A stretch of 64,000 nucleotides of DNA from positions 128,001 through 192,000 of the forward strand of contig CAVOKF010000003.1 of assembly GCA_963696385.1 (NCBI GenBank), given 5' to 3'. Shown in pieces: positions 30,084-40,857 of the stretch. The notes under the pieces were generated by a model that had not been told where the DNA came from, did not search any database, and saw only the letters and a program-made list of their open reading frames with translations. The position numbers and the translations under genes were made by a program. The stretch is from an uncultured delta proteobacterium. Lineage in GTDB: Bacteria; Myxococcota_A; Polyangia; Polyangiales; Polyangiaceae. Numbering within the stretch: position 1 is the first letter of the stretch; every line of letters starts with the position of its first letter.

Positions 30084-31019
30084 TCAGTGAGGGAGGCGGA
30101 CCGCGGGGGTGCGCGTTGCGATTTCCCCCACCTCCGCGACCCGCGGCGCTCGGTCTATGGCTCCCTCGCCCGCATCGTTCGGCCTAAACGCATGTTCGTC
30201 CGCGGGAAACGCGCCCGATCGCACATCGTCCACGTAGCGCCTCACCGCATCGACGATGACATGGCCGACCTCCGCGTAGCGCCTCGCGAACCTCGGGGTG
30301 TGGCCGCGCGTCATACCGAGCAGATCGGTACACACGAGCACTTGCCCGTCGCAATGGCCGCCCGCGCCGATCCCGATGGTCGGTACCGTCGACCCGCTCG
30401 TAATCTTCCTGGCCACGTCGGGAGGGACCGCTTCGACCACGATGGCAAACGCTCCAGCGTCTTCGATCGCACGCGCGTCAGCCATGATCTTTGCCGCAGC
30501 GTCGGCGCCGCGCCCTTGCACCTTGAAGCCGCCCATCGCGTGCACACTTTGCGGCAGCAGGCCCACATGTCCCATCACCGGGATGCCCGCGCGGACAATG
30601 CGCGCGACATGCTCGGCCATGGCTTCGCCCCCCTCGAGCTTGACGCTCTCGAAGGCTCCGTCCTTCAAGAGCTTTCCGGCGCTTTCGACGGCTTGAGCCG
30701 GCGACACTTGGTAGCTCATGAACGGCATGTCGCCGACGACATGCGCATGGGTCGATCCGCGCGCGACCGAACGGCCGTGGTAGCAGATCTCGTCGAGGGT
30801 CACCGGAAGCGTATTGGCTCGACCCTGCGCGACCATACCCAGCGAATCGCCGACGAGGATGACATCGGCGCCCGCGGCGTCCACGAGCCGCGCCATCGTG
30901 TAGTCGTACGCCGTCACCATGGCGAGCGCGGGGCCGGTTCGCTTGCGTGCGCGGATGTCGGGAACGGTAACCTTACGGTTGGACTCTGCGGGATCAGCGT
31001 CGTTGGCGTTGCCGTACAT
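30084..31019 (-). CDS. panB: 3-methyl-2-oxobutanoate hydroxymethyltransferase
   Basis: TAYD, LVGDSLG, DMPFMSY, VKLEGG, GHVGLLPQ, IGIGAG..DGQVLV. Confidence 0.97.
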   Translation of the reverse strand: MYGNANDADPAESNRKVTVPDIRARKRTGPALAMVTAYDYTMARLVDAAGADVILVGDSLGMVAQGRANTLPVTLDEICYHGRSVARGSTHAHVVGDMPFMSYQVSPAQAVESAGKLLKDGAFESVKLEGGEAMAEHVARIVRAGIPVMGHVGLLPQSVHAMGGFKVQGRGADAAAKIMADARAIEDAGAFAIVVEAVPPDVARKITSGSTVPTIGIGAGGHCDGQVLVCTDLLGMTRGHTPRFARRYAEVGHVIVDAVRRYVDDVRSGAFPADEHAFRPNDAGEGAIDRAPRVAEVGEIATRTPAVRLPH

Positions 31020-31179
31020 GGCAAACCGGGGTCGCGGCCGGGAAATGCGGAACGGGTGTCTCCGCCCGCGATCGGTCCACGCCTCAAGTCAGGGTAATGC
31101 CCTGCAAAGCCCACCGCAAGATGGCCATCTTCCTGCATTGGCGTTACGTTTCGCGGCCGTGCACGGCTGTTCCGGATCG

Positions 31180-31638
31180 GTGCGAAGCGTGGCGGTCGCC
31201 CTCGGGCGAGCTGTCACGGCATTGGCCTGGCTCGCGGCGTGCGCATGCGATCGCCCCCCGTCGGCCGATTCCCTCAGCGAGTGGACGCCTCGCGACCATC
31301 ACTCGAACGACGACGACAAGCTCGCCCAACAGCGAGCGGGCGGGGCCGGACGCTCGGCCAAGGGCGACCCTACACAGAGCGACATCGCTCAGCTCGTCGA
31401 TCTCGCTTGGCGTCAACAGTGCACGACATGCCACGGTCCGGCGGGCCGTGGCGATGGGCAGATGGGACCCATGCTCCAGGCCCCCGACCTCACCAACGAC
31501 CAGTGGCAGGCTCGCGTGACGGACACGGATATGGCTCGGGCCATCCAGAACGGCAAGAACCGAATGCCTTCTTTCAATCTCCCGCAGCCCGTCCTTCGGG
31601 GGCTCGTTGCGCGGGTCCGGTCGCTCCGGGGAAAATGA
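31180..31638 (+). CDS. Monoheme c-type cytochrome lipoprotein (start approximate)
   Basis: Lipobox-like LAACAC; CTTCH heme motif; distal MPSF. Confidence 0.85.
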   Translation: MRSVAVALGRAVTALAWLAACACDRPPSADSLSEWTPRDHHSNDDDKLAQQRAGGAGRSAKGDPTQSDIAQLVDLAWRQQCTTCHGPAGRGDGQMGPMLQAPDLTNDQWQARVTDTDMARAIQNGKNRMPSFNLPQPVLRGLVARVRSLRGK

Positions 31639-31696
31639 TGGGGGGTGCATCGAGTCTCCGCGGTTCGCCCGCCCCCATTCGCGATCCGGTGCGACG

Positions 31697-33073
<1,377 letters not shown>

Positions 33074-33115
33074 AGCGCGCGACCGCCGGCCAGGCCAACG
33101 CCATCGGAGAGGGCC

Positions 33116-33796
33116 ATGATCGACCTTTACACCGCACCTACGCCGAACGGCTTCAAGGTCTCCATCGCGCTCGAGGAGCTCGGGCTGCCGTACCGGGTCC
33201 AGCCCGTCGATCTGCGACGGGGCGAGCAGTTCGCTCCGGATTTTCTACGGATCAGTCCGAACAACAAAATCCCCGCCATCGTCGACCGAGAGGCGCAGGA
33301 CCTTGCTGTGTTCGAGTCCGGCGCCATTCTCGTGTACCTGGCCGAGAAGACCCGACGGCTCCTGCCCGCGGCGGGGCCGGAACGATATGCGGCGCTTCAA
33401 TGGCTGTTTTTCCAGGTCGGCGGCACCGGTCCCATGCTGGGACAAGCTCACCATTTTCGGACCTATGCACCGGAGAAGATTCCTTACGCCGTCGAACGGT
33501 ATACGAACGAGGCGAAGCGCCTGTTCGCGGTGCTCGATCGGCGACTCGGGTCGGCGCGCTACCTGGCTGGCGACAACTACACGATCGCGGACATCGCGAA
33601 CGTGCCGTGGCTGACCGGCTACGCACGGCTCGAAATCGACCTCGCCCAGTTCCCGAATCTCGCCCGCTGGCTCGATGAGCTCAACGGGCGCTCGGCGGTG
33701 AAACGCGGCTTCGCGGTCCCGCCGAGCAGCGACGCCCCCCTCGACGCCAGGGCGCGCGAGGCGCTTTTCGGAAAGCAGCAGTACGAGCGCAGATAA
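33116..33796 (+). CDS. Glutathione S-transferase, YfcG-like
   Basis: TPNG, SPNNKIPAI, FESGAIL, GPMLGQAHHF. Confidence 0.93.
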   Translation: MIDLYTAPTPNGFKVSIALEELGLPYRVQPVDLRRGEQFAPDFLRISPNNKIPAIVDREAQDLAVFESGAILVYLAEKTRRLLPAAGPERYAALQWLFFQVGGTGPMLGQAHHFRTYAPEKIPYAVERYTNEAKRLFAVLDRRLGSARYLAGDNYTIADIANVPWLTGYARLEIDLAQFPNLARWLDELNGRSAVKRGFAVPPSSDAPLDARAREALFGKQQYERR

Positions 33797-33842
33797 CAGT
33801 CGGGCGATCGCCGGCGTCGTGACTCGGACAGCCGAGGCAGGC

Positions 33843-34020
33843 TGGTCCCCTGGAAAAAGGGGACTTCTTTGAGAAGAGCGAGTCCAGGGGACTCGCGAAG
33901 TCGCGGGAGCGCCTTCGGGGGTTTGGGCGGCGCCCAAGGAAAAAGTCAGTCCCCCGGAGGACGCCGAAGGCGTCGGCGAAGCACAGAAGTTCCGCCAGGA
34001 ACTTCTCTTCCGGGGGACTA
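33843..34020 (+). repeat. Structured intergenic element, copy A (MITE/REP-like)
   Basis: Imperfect terminal IR TGGTCCCCTGGAA / TTCCGGGGGACTA; GGGA-loop hairpin 33896-33917; GGGGGTTTGGGCGGCGCCCAAGGA core; internal hairpins GACGCC-GAA-GGCGTC and AGAAGTTCC-GCCA-GGAACTTCT. Confidence 0.8.
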
Positions 34021-35226
34021 AAACGTAGCTTCCAGGCCGGCGGTCACGATGTAGGCGCGCGCATCCGAAATGGGCGTTCCGCCGAGTGTGTATTGCTCGT
34101 ACGTGAAACCCGTCACGCTACCGGATGCTTCGAGCTTCAGCGTCTCGATCAGACCGAGGAGCCGTCTGCCTTCGGGTGCAATCGTCGAGACGATCCGTGC
34201 TCCTCCGAGCCAACTCCAAAACGGCGAGAGCTCGCGATCTCCCGTCCAGTATTGTCCACGCGGACCCAGAGGCGGAGCGCCTCCCGTATAGTCGTCGCTC
34301 CAGAACACCGCCCCGGTCTGATCGTACAGTCGTCCGCGCGCCATGAGTCGAAGCGACTCGCCCAGCGACCTTTCGAACTCGACCTCGAGAGTTCCGCTCC
34401 TGATCGCCCACGTGTCGGAGTATCCGCGAACCGAAACGCGCAGGGCGCTCCGCAGGGCACGAAGATACCAGGCGATGCGAGCCGTGGCCGCTTGACGAGC
34501 TCTCTCGGCCGGAACGTGCTCTTGGGCCTTGACTTCACCGAGAACGACGCTCCGATACGGATCGCTTTGAAAGCCGTTGACGAGCTGCGCCGTGTACGTG
34601 AGCTGCGTCTCCAACTGCGGAGTCCAGGACTGCGCCCAGCTCGCTTCGAACGTGTCTATTCCGATAGGCTCGGTGGTCCTCGTCGGATTGTTCGTAAAGC
34701 AACCCGTCGACGTGTCGAGCGCCACCCACAGTGTGGGATCCGACTCCCCCTGAACCCGGTCGCAAACGCTGTCGAAGTTGCGTGCATACGACAGCGAAAA
34801 CTGAGTGTTGTGCTGGAACGCATCATCGCGGGCGTTCACGTGAAAAGAGTGCGACCGATAATCGTGCTCCTCCGAGTAGCCGTAACCTGCGGTCATGGCC
34901 GTGGCCGCCCCCTTTAGAGTGAACTCTCCGCGCGCGAGGTTCCGGAAATCGTGCACGCTCGCGGTGCTCACGACGTCTGCGGGATGATTCGCGTGATAGG
35001 CGGGTCCGAACTTCGTCGCCACGCTCGCCCCCGAGACGACGTCGGCTTCCCATCCGCCGCGAACGTCAATCCACGACGAGGGAGAGGCTTGTGCGTCAAC
35101 CGTAGGTGAATACACGAACATGTGCGTTCGCGTCGGCGCTTCATAATAGATGGAGTGCGAAGTGTCGATCTCGGCCACTTGAGCTTTCGCTTGCCCCGCC
35201 AGAGCGAAAGCTGCGGATACCGCCAT
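34018..35226 (-). CDS. DUF3570 family outer-membrane beta-barrel protein
   Basis: Signal peptide, DVVSGAS/DVVSTAS, SEEHDYRS, GFQSDPYR, YSDTWAI, DRELS; terminal Phe. Confidence 0.85.
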   Translation of the reverse strand: MAVSAAFALAGQAKAQVAEIDTSHSIYYEAPTRTHMFVYSPTVDAQASPSSWIDVRGGWEADVVSGASVATKFGPAYHANHPADVVSTASVHDFRNLARGEFTLKGAATAMTAGYGYSEEHDYRSHSFHVNARDDAFQHNTQFSLSYARNFDSVCDRVQGESDPTLWVALDTSTGCFTNNPTRTTEPIGIDTFEASWAQSWTPQLETQLTYTAQLVNGFQSDPYRSVVLGEVKAQEHVPAERARQAATARIAWYLRALRSALRVSVRGYSDTWAIRSGTLEVEFERSLGESLRLMARGRLYDQTGAVFWSDDYTGGAPPLGPRGQYWTGDRELSPFWSWLGGARIVSTIAPEGRRLLGLIETLKLEASGSVTGFTYEQYTLGGTPISDARAYIVTAGLEATF

Positions 35227-35285
35227 GGTCGCAACGAAAGGTGCCGGATTCACGCCCGCTCCACCGCACGCAGGCGCGCTCGGGT

Positions 35286-35476
35286 TAGTAGTCCACCCCG
35301 CCACTCGCGCGAACCAAGAAGTGCGACGGTTCTTGGGGGGTGGGACACTCGCAAAGCGCGGGAGCGGTTTGGGAGGTACGGGACGGAGCCCTGGAAAGAC
35401 AAGGCTCGTGGTCTATTTTCGCTGCGCAGCAGCGTGCCCGCGGATGGATCCGGGGGGCTTACGAAACGGACCCCTA
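35286..35476 (+). repeat. Structured intergenic element, copy B
   Basis: Ends TAGTAGTCC... / ...CTTACGAAACGGACCCCTA; hairpin CAAAGCGC-GGGA-GCGGTTTG; GGAGGTACGGGACGGAGCCCTGGAAA core. Confidence 0.8.
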
Positions 35477-35692
35477 GTTGCACCCGCATCCTCCGCCCGA
35501 AACGCCCGTTCCCCCCATCGATCCTTCTCGGTTGTCCAGGGCATGCCGGAGCGCTGCGTCGTGCTTCGCCTCGGCGTCGAACTGCATCGTCGGATCGGCC
35601 AACATCGCTCGCTGTTCCGGCGCAACCGTCGCGCAGCCGACGACCACGATCGCGACGCAGAACGTGAGGATCAGAAGGAAAAACCGGGGCAT
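35474..35692 (-). CDS. DUF4266 family lipoprotein
   Basis: Lipobox VVGC, LADPTMQF, REG, C-terminal GGGCGCN. Confidence 0.9.
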   Translation of the reverse strand: MPRFFLLILTFCVAIVVVGCATVAPEQRAMLADPTMQFDAEAKHDAALRHALDNREGSMGGTGVSGGGCGCN

Positions 35693-35701
35693 CGCGACTC
35701 T

Positions 35702-36508
35702 TCAGAAGTAGACGCCCAAACCGCCGGAATAGGTCTGTCCGTTTTTGTAGGAGTCGGCCGAGAATACGGACAGATCGGTCGCTTCGAGCCGCACCAGGAT
35801 ACGATTGCGCAGCGCGAAAAGAAGCCCGCCTCCCGCACGCGCGACATACAGGTCCTCGCGGCGCAAAACGAATGAGTCCGCATTCGGCAGCACGCTCATC
35901 CCTCCCGCGAAGATGCCCAGGAACGGACACACGGGCCACGAAGGGGCCAGATAGATGGCCAGACCGCCGCCGTAGAGGAGCTCGGATCCGTCATTCGTCA
36001 AGCCGTCGCCGACAAATCCTTCCAAGCTGACCGTCTCGTGCAGTACGAGTGAAACTCTCGCCTCGACGTACCCGAAGCGCTGCACGGCCCCACCGACGAC
36101 GGGGATGCTCAGCAAGCCACCGAGCATCGCCACGCCTCCATGCGACCCTCGGAGCGGGGGCGGGGCGAACACCCCCGGTCGCGAGGGGCCCCCCTCATCG
36201 GCCGGGCTGACCCCAAAGGGCTGCACCTCATCGCCAAGCACAAACGCTACCCGCCCGTCCGACAGAATGACGCGAAGCCAAAAGCCCGCCCCCGTGCGCC
36301 CGTCGAGCGCGAACGTCTCTCCGCGATGCGCCTGGTAAATCACGCGGTAGCTGATTCCAGGCCCCGTCCGGAGCTCGGCGGCGTCGACAATCACGCGCGC
36401 GAACGCGTTGACTTCTGGATCGTCGGAGTGAGGGCCCGACGCCGCGACCGGAGCGGCCATGCAGACCCACCCGACGACAGGCCCGAGCACGTGAGCGGCC
36501 CCCTTCAT
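35702..36508 (-). CDS. SH3b domain plus OM beta-barrel-like protein
   Basis: LRTGPGISYRVI..GETF..WLRV; amphipathic strands ending GLGVYF. Confidence 0.75.
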   Translation of the reverse strand: MKGAAHVLGPVVGWVCMAAPVAASGPHSDDPEVNAFARVIVDAAELRTGPGISYRVIYQAHRGETFALDGRTGAGFWLRVILSDGRVAFVLGDEVQPFGVSPADEGGPSRPGVFAPPPLRGSHGGVAMLGGLLSIPVVGGAVQRFGYVEARVSLVLHETVSLEGFVGDGLTNDGSELLYGGGLAIYLAPSWPVCPFLGIFAGGMSVLPNADSFVLRREDLYVARAGGGLLFALRNRILVRLEATDLSVFSADSYKNGQTYSGGLGVYF

Positions 36509-36975
36509 TGGGCCCAAGTGCTCAGAAGCGTGACGACCGTCGGGTCTTGAGGGTTGATTACGGTCACGTGACCGTTTCCGCTCGGCCGAACGAGGAGGGG
36601 CGCGACCGTGTAGTCGCGGCTCATCTCGGAGGACACAGCCACATAATTGCTTTGGGGTGGGCTGCCGGTCCCGATCTGCGTCAGGTCGACAGGATGATCC
36701 CCGCCGTCGCAATCAACGGCTGCATGGTCGATGAGGCCCATGCCGCTGACGGCAGCGGGATTGAAGTGACAGCTGTTCGGCGGATACTTCGAATCGCCGG
36801 GCCCACAATTGTTCGCGAAAATGTACTGCGGCTCGACGTGACAGTAAAAGTAGTCGGCATCGAATGTCACGTCGGCGACGACGAAGTTGGTCCCCGGATC
36901 GACCGTCGTGCACCCGACCAGAAGCGCGGACCACGCGCACGGGCCGGCGCGCCAAATCGTCGCCCCAAAGGCCAT
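36505..36975 (-). CDS. Cys-rich hypothetical lipoprotein
   Basis: Lipobox LVGC; FYCHVEP..C-x11-CH; 4-bp overlap with the next gene. Confidence 0.7.
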   Translation of the reverse strand: MAFGATIWRAGPCAWSALLVGCTTVDPGTNFVVADVTFDADYFYCHVEPQYIFANNCGPGDSKYPPNSCHFNPAAVSGMGLIDHAAVDCDGGDHPVDLTQIGTGSPPQSNYVAVSSEMSRDYTVAPLLVRPSGNGHVTVINPQDPTVVTLLSTWAQ

Positions 36976-37287
36976 TTTCAGACGATAGACCGGTGAGCTC
37001 AACGGCTGCAACGATTCCGCGCGATCTCACCAAGCATCCACACGAACCGTTCGCGGCTTGGAACGGGTCGCCGAAAGAGTGACCTTGTCCTCTGCTCGCC
37101 TGAATGGACGGGGTGCGCCTAGGTACCCCTCGCGACAAAGCCCTTTCGCCACCGGTCGGTTTCGCTTGCCCCACCGGCGGCTCATCAGTAGAAGTTTGGA
37201 TTCCCGCAGTTGGATGTCGTAACGTAACCCACATGTAAGGCGCTAACGCCCGCAACCCCGTCGACGTCCTCGCGGAGATCCTCACGC

Positions 37288-37479
37288 ATGAAGCTGACGC
37301 CCTGGTATCTCATTGCCATTACCCCTATCGCCGTCGCTGGGTGCTCCGGCGCCTTCCTCGGGCATTGCGCGGTGTTGGCCGTTACCGTTTGCATCTTCGT
37401 CGGTACGCTGTCTCTCGGCCGCCATTCGGCATCGACCCCTCTGGCTGGCGAGCCGGGAGACTTGCGCGAGACGCGCTGA
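37288..37479 (+). CDS. Small membrane/lipoprotein (63 aa)
   Basis: GGAG upstream; lipobox VAGC followed by a hydrophobic helix. Confidence 0.55.
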   Translation: MKLTPWYLIAITPIAVAGCSGAFLGHCAVLAVTVCIFVGTLSLGRHSASTPLAGEPGDLRETR

Positions 37480-37598
37480 ACCAAGGGTCCGTCAGGGGGG
37501 CGCAGCGCCCCTGACGCGCCTGCCCCATGCCTCGTCCTTGCGATAGGGGCACCCGGCGAGTTTGAGCTAAGGTCCAACGCCCCCCATTCGGGGCCTCC

Positions 37599-38708
37599 AT
37601 GAACGACGCTGATCGCGAGCCGGGAGAGCGGCTGAAACCGCTCGATGAGTTCACGCTCGCCGATCTGGAGGCGATCCGACTCATCCTGCGCGGCGACTCG
37701 GTCATCGATTGGCGCCGTCTGGACCTCACGACCGAAGAACACGTGCGGGAATTTCTGCATGCTCAGGAGCTGCATCCGGACGAGCCCGCTGACCGGGCGC
37801 GCATGGATCACGTCAAGAGCGAAGCGATCGGATACTTGCGCCGCCAGTTCGATTACCCGATCCCCAGGCCGGTCGAGCAAGCGACGGTGTCCGAGCTCCT
37901 ACTTCTCGCGGCCGGCCGTGGCCACCGTGCGATGTGCGCATGCACGATTCTGAAATGCATGCACATCATTCACCATCTCGACGGCCGCGAGCTGCTGTTC
38001 GTTCTGCCGATGTCGGATCACGACGTGTTCCACATCGTCGAGGAGAAGGTCTACCGAGTCATCGGTGCGATGCTCGCCGGAGGCTTTCCGATCATCGAAT
38101 TCGTCGGAGGACGCAAGAACAAAGACTCGCTGATGACGAAGCTCCTTTCGAAGCAGGACACCATCGCCGCACAAGTCTTCGACAAGCTGCGGTTTCGTGT
38201 CGTTACGCGAACGCGTGACGATATTTTTCCAGTCCTTCAATACCTGACCAAGAAGCTGTTCCCGTTCAATTACGTCGTCCCCGGCCAGAGCATCAACTCG
38301 ATCTTCGGCTTCAAGTCCTACGTGGACAAGACGACTCTGAAACCGCTTCTCGATCAGATGCAAGTGTGCGGATGGAACGACAACGAATTCACGCCCAGCG
38401 ACAACCAGTTCTCCGCGGAATCCTACAGGATTATTCATTTCGTCGTGGATATGCCGGTGCGATTGCCGAGGCGAATCCTCGACCGCGCACCCTCCAGTGC
38501 GGGAACTCTCGGCAACGTGATTTTCGTTATCTGCGAGTTCCAGATCGTCGACCGCGACAGCGAAGCCCACAACGAGATTGGTGATGCGTCGCACGCCAAG
38601 TACAAAGAACGGCAAAAGAAGGCCGTCATGCGTCGACTTCAGCTCGGCGGGGCCGGCGACGCACCTGCAGGCGCGGAGCCGTCGCAAGACGTGCGCAGAA
38701 AGAGGTAA
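37599..38708 (+). CDS. TIGR04552-like protein with RelA/SpoT-type nucleotidyltransferase motifs
   Basis: LRGDSVIDW; RKNKDSLMTKL, DKLRFRVV, YRIIHF, CEFQIV, SHAKYK. Confidence 0.8.
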   Translation: MNDADREPGERLKPLDEFTLADLEAIRLILRGDSVIDWRRLDLTTEEHVREFLHAQELHPDEPADRARMDHVKSEAIGYLRRQFDYPIPRPVEQATVSELLLLAAGRGHRAMCACTILKCMHIIHHLDGRELLFVLPMSDHDVFHIVEEKVYRVIGAMLAGGFPIIEFVGGRKNKDSLMTKLLSKQDTIAAQVFDKLRFRVVTRTRDDIFPVLQYLTKKLFPFNYVVPGQSINSIFGFKSYVDKTTLKPLLDQMQVCGWNDNEFTPSDNQFSAESYRIIHFVVDMPVRLPRRILDRAPSSAGTLGNVIFVICEFQIVDRDSEAHNEIGDASHAKYKERQKKAVMRRLQLGGAGDAPAGAEPSQDVRRKR

Positions 38709-38729
38709 CGGAGTAGAAAGGCCGCTGCC

Positions 38730-39239
38730 ATGCGTCTGTACAGCGGAAAAATTCCTGCGGTCTCGGCCGAAATCGTTCGCGCGCTGCTCACTTCGAACGA
38801 CATCGAAGCGGAGAGCCCCAAACAGGTGGAAGCGGACGTGGCGGCCGTCCTCACGCAATACCTTTCCGACGAACGCGAGGTGAACGACCGCGCCAAGGAC
38901 GTCCTCGAACGAACGGGCAAGCCAAATACCGAATTCTCGAGGGTGCGGCAGCTCGTTGCGGAAGAGAAGGGCATCAAGGTGGGCGACGATGCGTTGGATT
39001 ATTTGCTCGACCAGGTCGTCGAGATGTTGATGCACTCAAACCATGTCGACGAGGTGTATGTCGAAGACGTCGAGCTTCGGCGAAAGATGGCGCCCATCTT
39101 CAAGAAGCACATGGCCGTCGATGCAACGGTCGACGCCGAAGTACGAGCGCAGATCCGGAACGTTCGCGAGGGAACGCGCGAATGGGAGATTGAGTTCGCG
39201 AAGGTCCTCGAGCAGGTGAAGCGCAAGAAGGGTCTCTGA
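38730..39239 (+). CDS. DUF507 family protein
   Basis: MRLYSGKIP..; D.EVRAQIRN..EG..EW.I.F..VKRKKGL. Confidence 0.8.
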   Translation: MRLYSGKIPAVSAEIVRALLTSNDIEAESPKQVEADVAAVLTQYLSDEREVNDRAKDVLERTGKPNTEFSRVRQLVAEEKGIKVGDDALDYLLDQVVEMLMHSNHVDEVYVEDVELRRKMAPIFKKHMAVDATVDAEVRAQIRNVREGTREWEIEFAKVLEQVKRKKGL

Positions 39240-39352
39240 GGCGCGCCGTCGTGGCGGCCGGCGTTGGACGGCCCTCACGGCGGGTTTCGGGCCTGGCGGT
39301 GTTCGCGCTCTGTCTGGAGGCCGATGCGAAATCGTCGTAGCGTGGGAAATCC

Positions 39353-40225
39353 ATGCGCAGCATGACCGGATTCGGGCTGGGGCAGACGCCGCTGGGCGCA
39401 GGCACGCTCGGGGTCGAGATCCGCGGAGTCAACCACCGATTTCTCGACGTCCGGGTGCGAGTGCCGCGGGAGTCGACGGACATGACGGGATTTGTAGAGC
39501 AACTGGCCCGCGAGCGACTGACTCGAGGTCGTTACGAGGTCGTGCTTCGGATCGACGGCGTCGCGCTCGGCGCTCCGGCACTCGACCGCGACCGGGCACG
39601 AGCCGCCTTCCGTGCCCTCTCCGAGCTGCGCGACGAGTTGGCGCCGGGCAGTGAGGTCCCGCTCTCGCTGCTCGCCGTCATTCCAGACTTATTTGCGCCG
39701 CCGGTCGACCCCGAGACGGATCGAATTCGGGACGCTACCCGCTTTGCCTTCGACGCGGCTGTCCGCGCACTCGACGCCATGCGCGAGTGCGAGGGGACGG
39801 CCTTGCGAGACGATCTCACGCGACGGCTCGAACGTGTGAAGCGCATCGCGCGCGAGATCCATCGGCGCTCGCCCGACGTCCTCGAGGCGCACCGAAGGCG
39901 CCTGTCCGATCGTGCGGAGCGGCTTCGAGCCGGTGGAGAGATCGACGTGGACGCCGGACGCCTCGAGCAGGAAATCGCCGTATTCGCCGAGCGTTGCGAC
40001 ATCACCGAGGAGCTCACGCGTCTCGAGAGTCACTGCGGTCAATTCGCCGCGCTTCTCGGCGCCGAAGAAGCCGTAGGACGCCGCCTCGACTTTCTCCTGC
40101 AAGAGATGGCACGCGAGGCCAACACGGTTGGCGCAAAGAGCCCGGACGCGCCCGTCGCACACGCCGTGGTCGAGTTGAAGGCGGAAATCGAACGGATGCG
40201 CGAGCAAGTGCAAAACGTCGAATGA
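39353..40225 (+). CDS. yicC: YicC/YloC family endoribonuclease
   Basis: MRSMTGFG, VNHRFLD, DITEELTRL..H, GRRLDFL.QEM.REANT, REQVQNVE. Confidence 0.95.
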   Translation: MRSMTGFGLGQTPLGAGTLGVEIRGVNHRFLDVRVRVPRESTDMTGFVEQLARERLTRGRYEVVLRIDGVALGAPALDRDRARAAFRALSELRDELAPGSEVPLSLLAVIPDLFAPPVDPETDRIRDATRFAFDAAVRALDAMRECEGTALRDDLTRRLERVKRIAREIHRRSPDVLEAHRRRLSDRAERLRAGGEIDVDAGRLEQEIAVFAERCDITEELTRLESHCGQFAALLGAEEAVGRRLDFLLQEMAREANTVGAKSPDAPVAHAVVELKAEIERMREQVQNVE

Positions 40226-40854
40226 ATTCCAAGGACGACTTTCTCCTCCTGATCCTTTCGTCGCCCAGCGGTGCGGGCAAGACGACGCTCACACGACGGC
40301 TTCTCGGGTACTGCCCGGAATTGCTCTTCAGCGTAAGTCACACGACGCGACCCGCTCGTGCCAACGAGGTGAATGGACGCGACTACCATTTCGTCGATCG
40401 GGCAACGTTTCTGGACTTGGCCGCGAAGGGGGCGTTTCTCGAGTGGGCCGAGGTGCATGGCAATCTTTACGGTACCTCGACCGCGGAAATCGACCGCGCG
40501 CGAGCCGTCCACGGCTGCAACGGAATGCTCTTCGATATCGACTACCAAGGGGCCCGGCAGATCAAATCGAAAGTGACTGACGTCGTGGCAGCCTTCATCT
40601 TGCCGCCGTCGATGATGGAGCTCGAACGACGCCTCCGCGGGCGGGCCAGCGAAACGGAAGAGACTCTCAAACGTCGATTCGAAGTTGCCAAGCGCGAGAT
40701 TGAGCACTACGGTCTGTTCGATTATCTGGTGGTCAACGACGATCTGGACCGGGCCGTCGACGAGCTGCGCTCGATCGTCGTCGCCGAGCGAGCGCTTCGA
40801 CCGCGGCGCGCGCATCTAGCCGAATCCCTTCTGCGAACGGGCAGGCTGGTGTAA
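40222..40854 (+). CDS. gmk: Guanylate kinase
   Basis: SPSGAGKTT, SHTTR, EWAEVHGNLYGT, DIDYQGA; ATG overlaps the yicC stop. Confidence 0.96.
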   Translation: MNSKDDFLLLILSSPSGAGKTTLTRRLLGYCPELLFSVSHTTRPARANEVNGRDYHFVDRATFLDLAAKGAFLEWAEVHGNLYGTSTAEIDRARAVHGCNGMLFDIDYQGARQIKSKVTDVVAAFILPPSMMELERRLRGRASETEETLKRRFEVAKREIEHYGLFDYLVVNDDLDRAVDELRSIVVAERALRPRRAHLAESLLRTGRLV

Positions 40855-40857
40855 GCG

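Noticed and set aside
37130..37190. c-di-GMP riboswitch on the minus strand
   Set aside because: GGGCAA and GAAA words are present, but the GCAAA/P2 consensus arrangement is not
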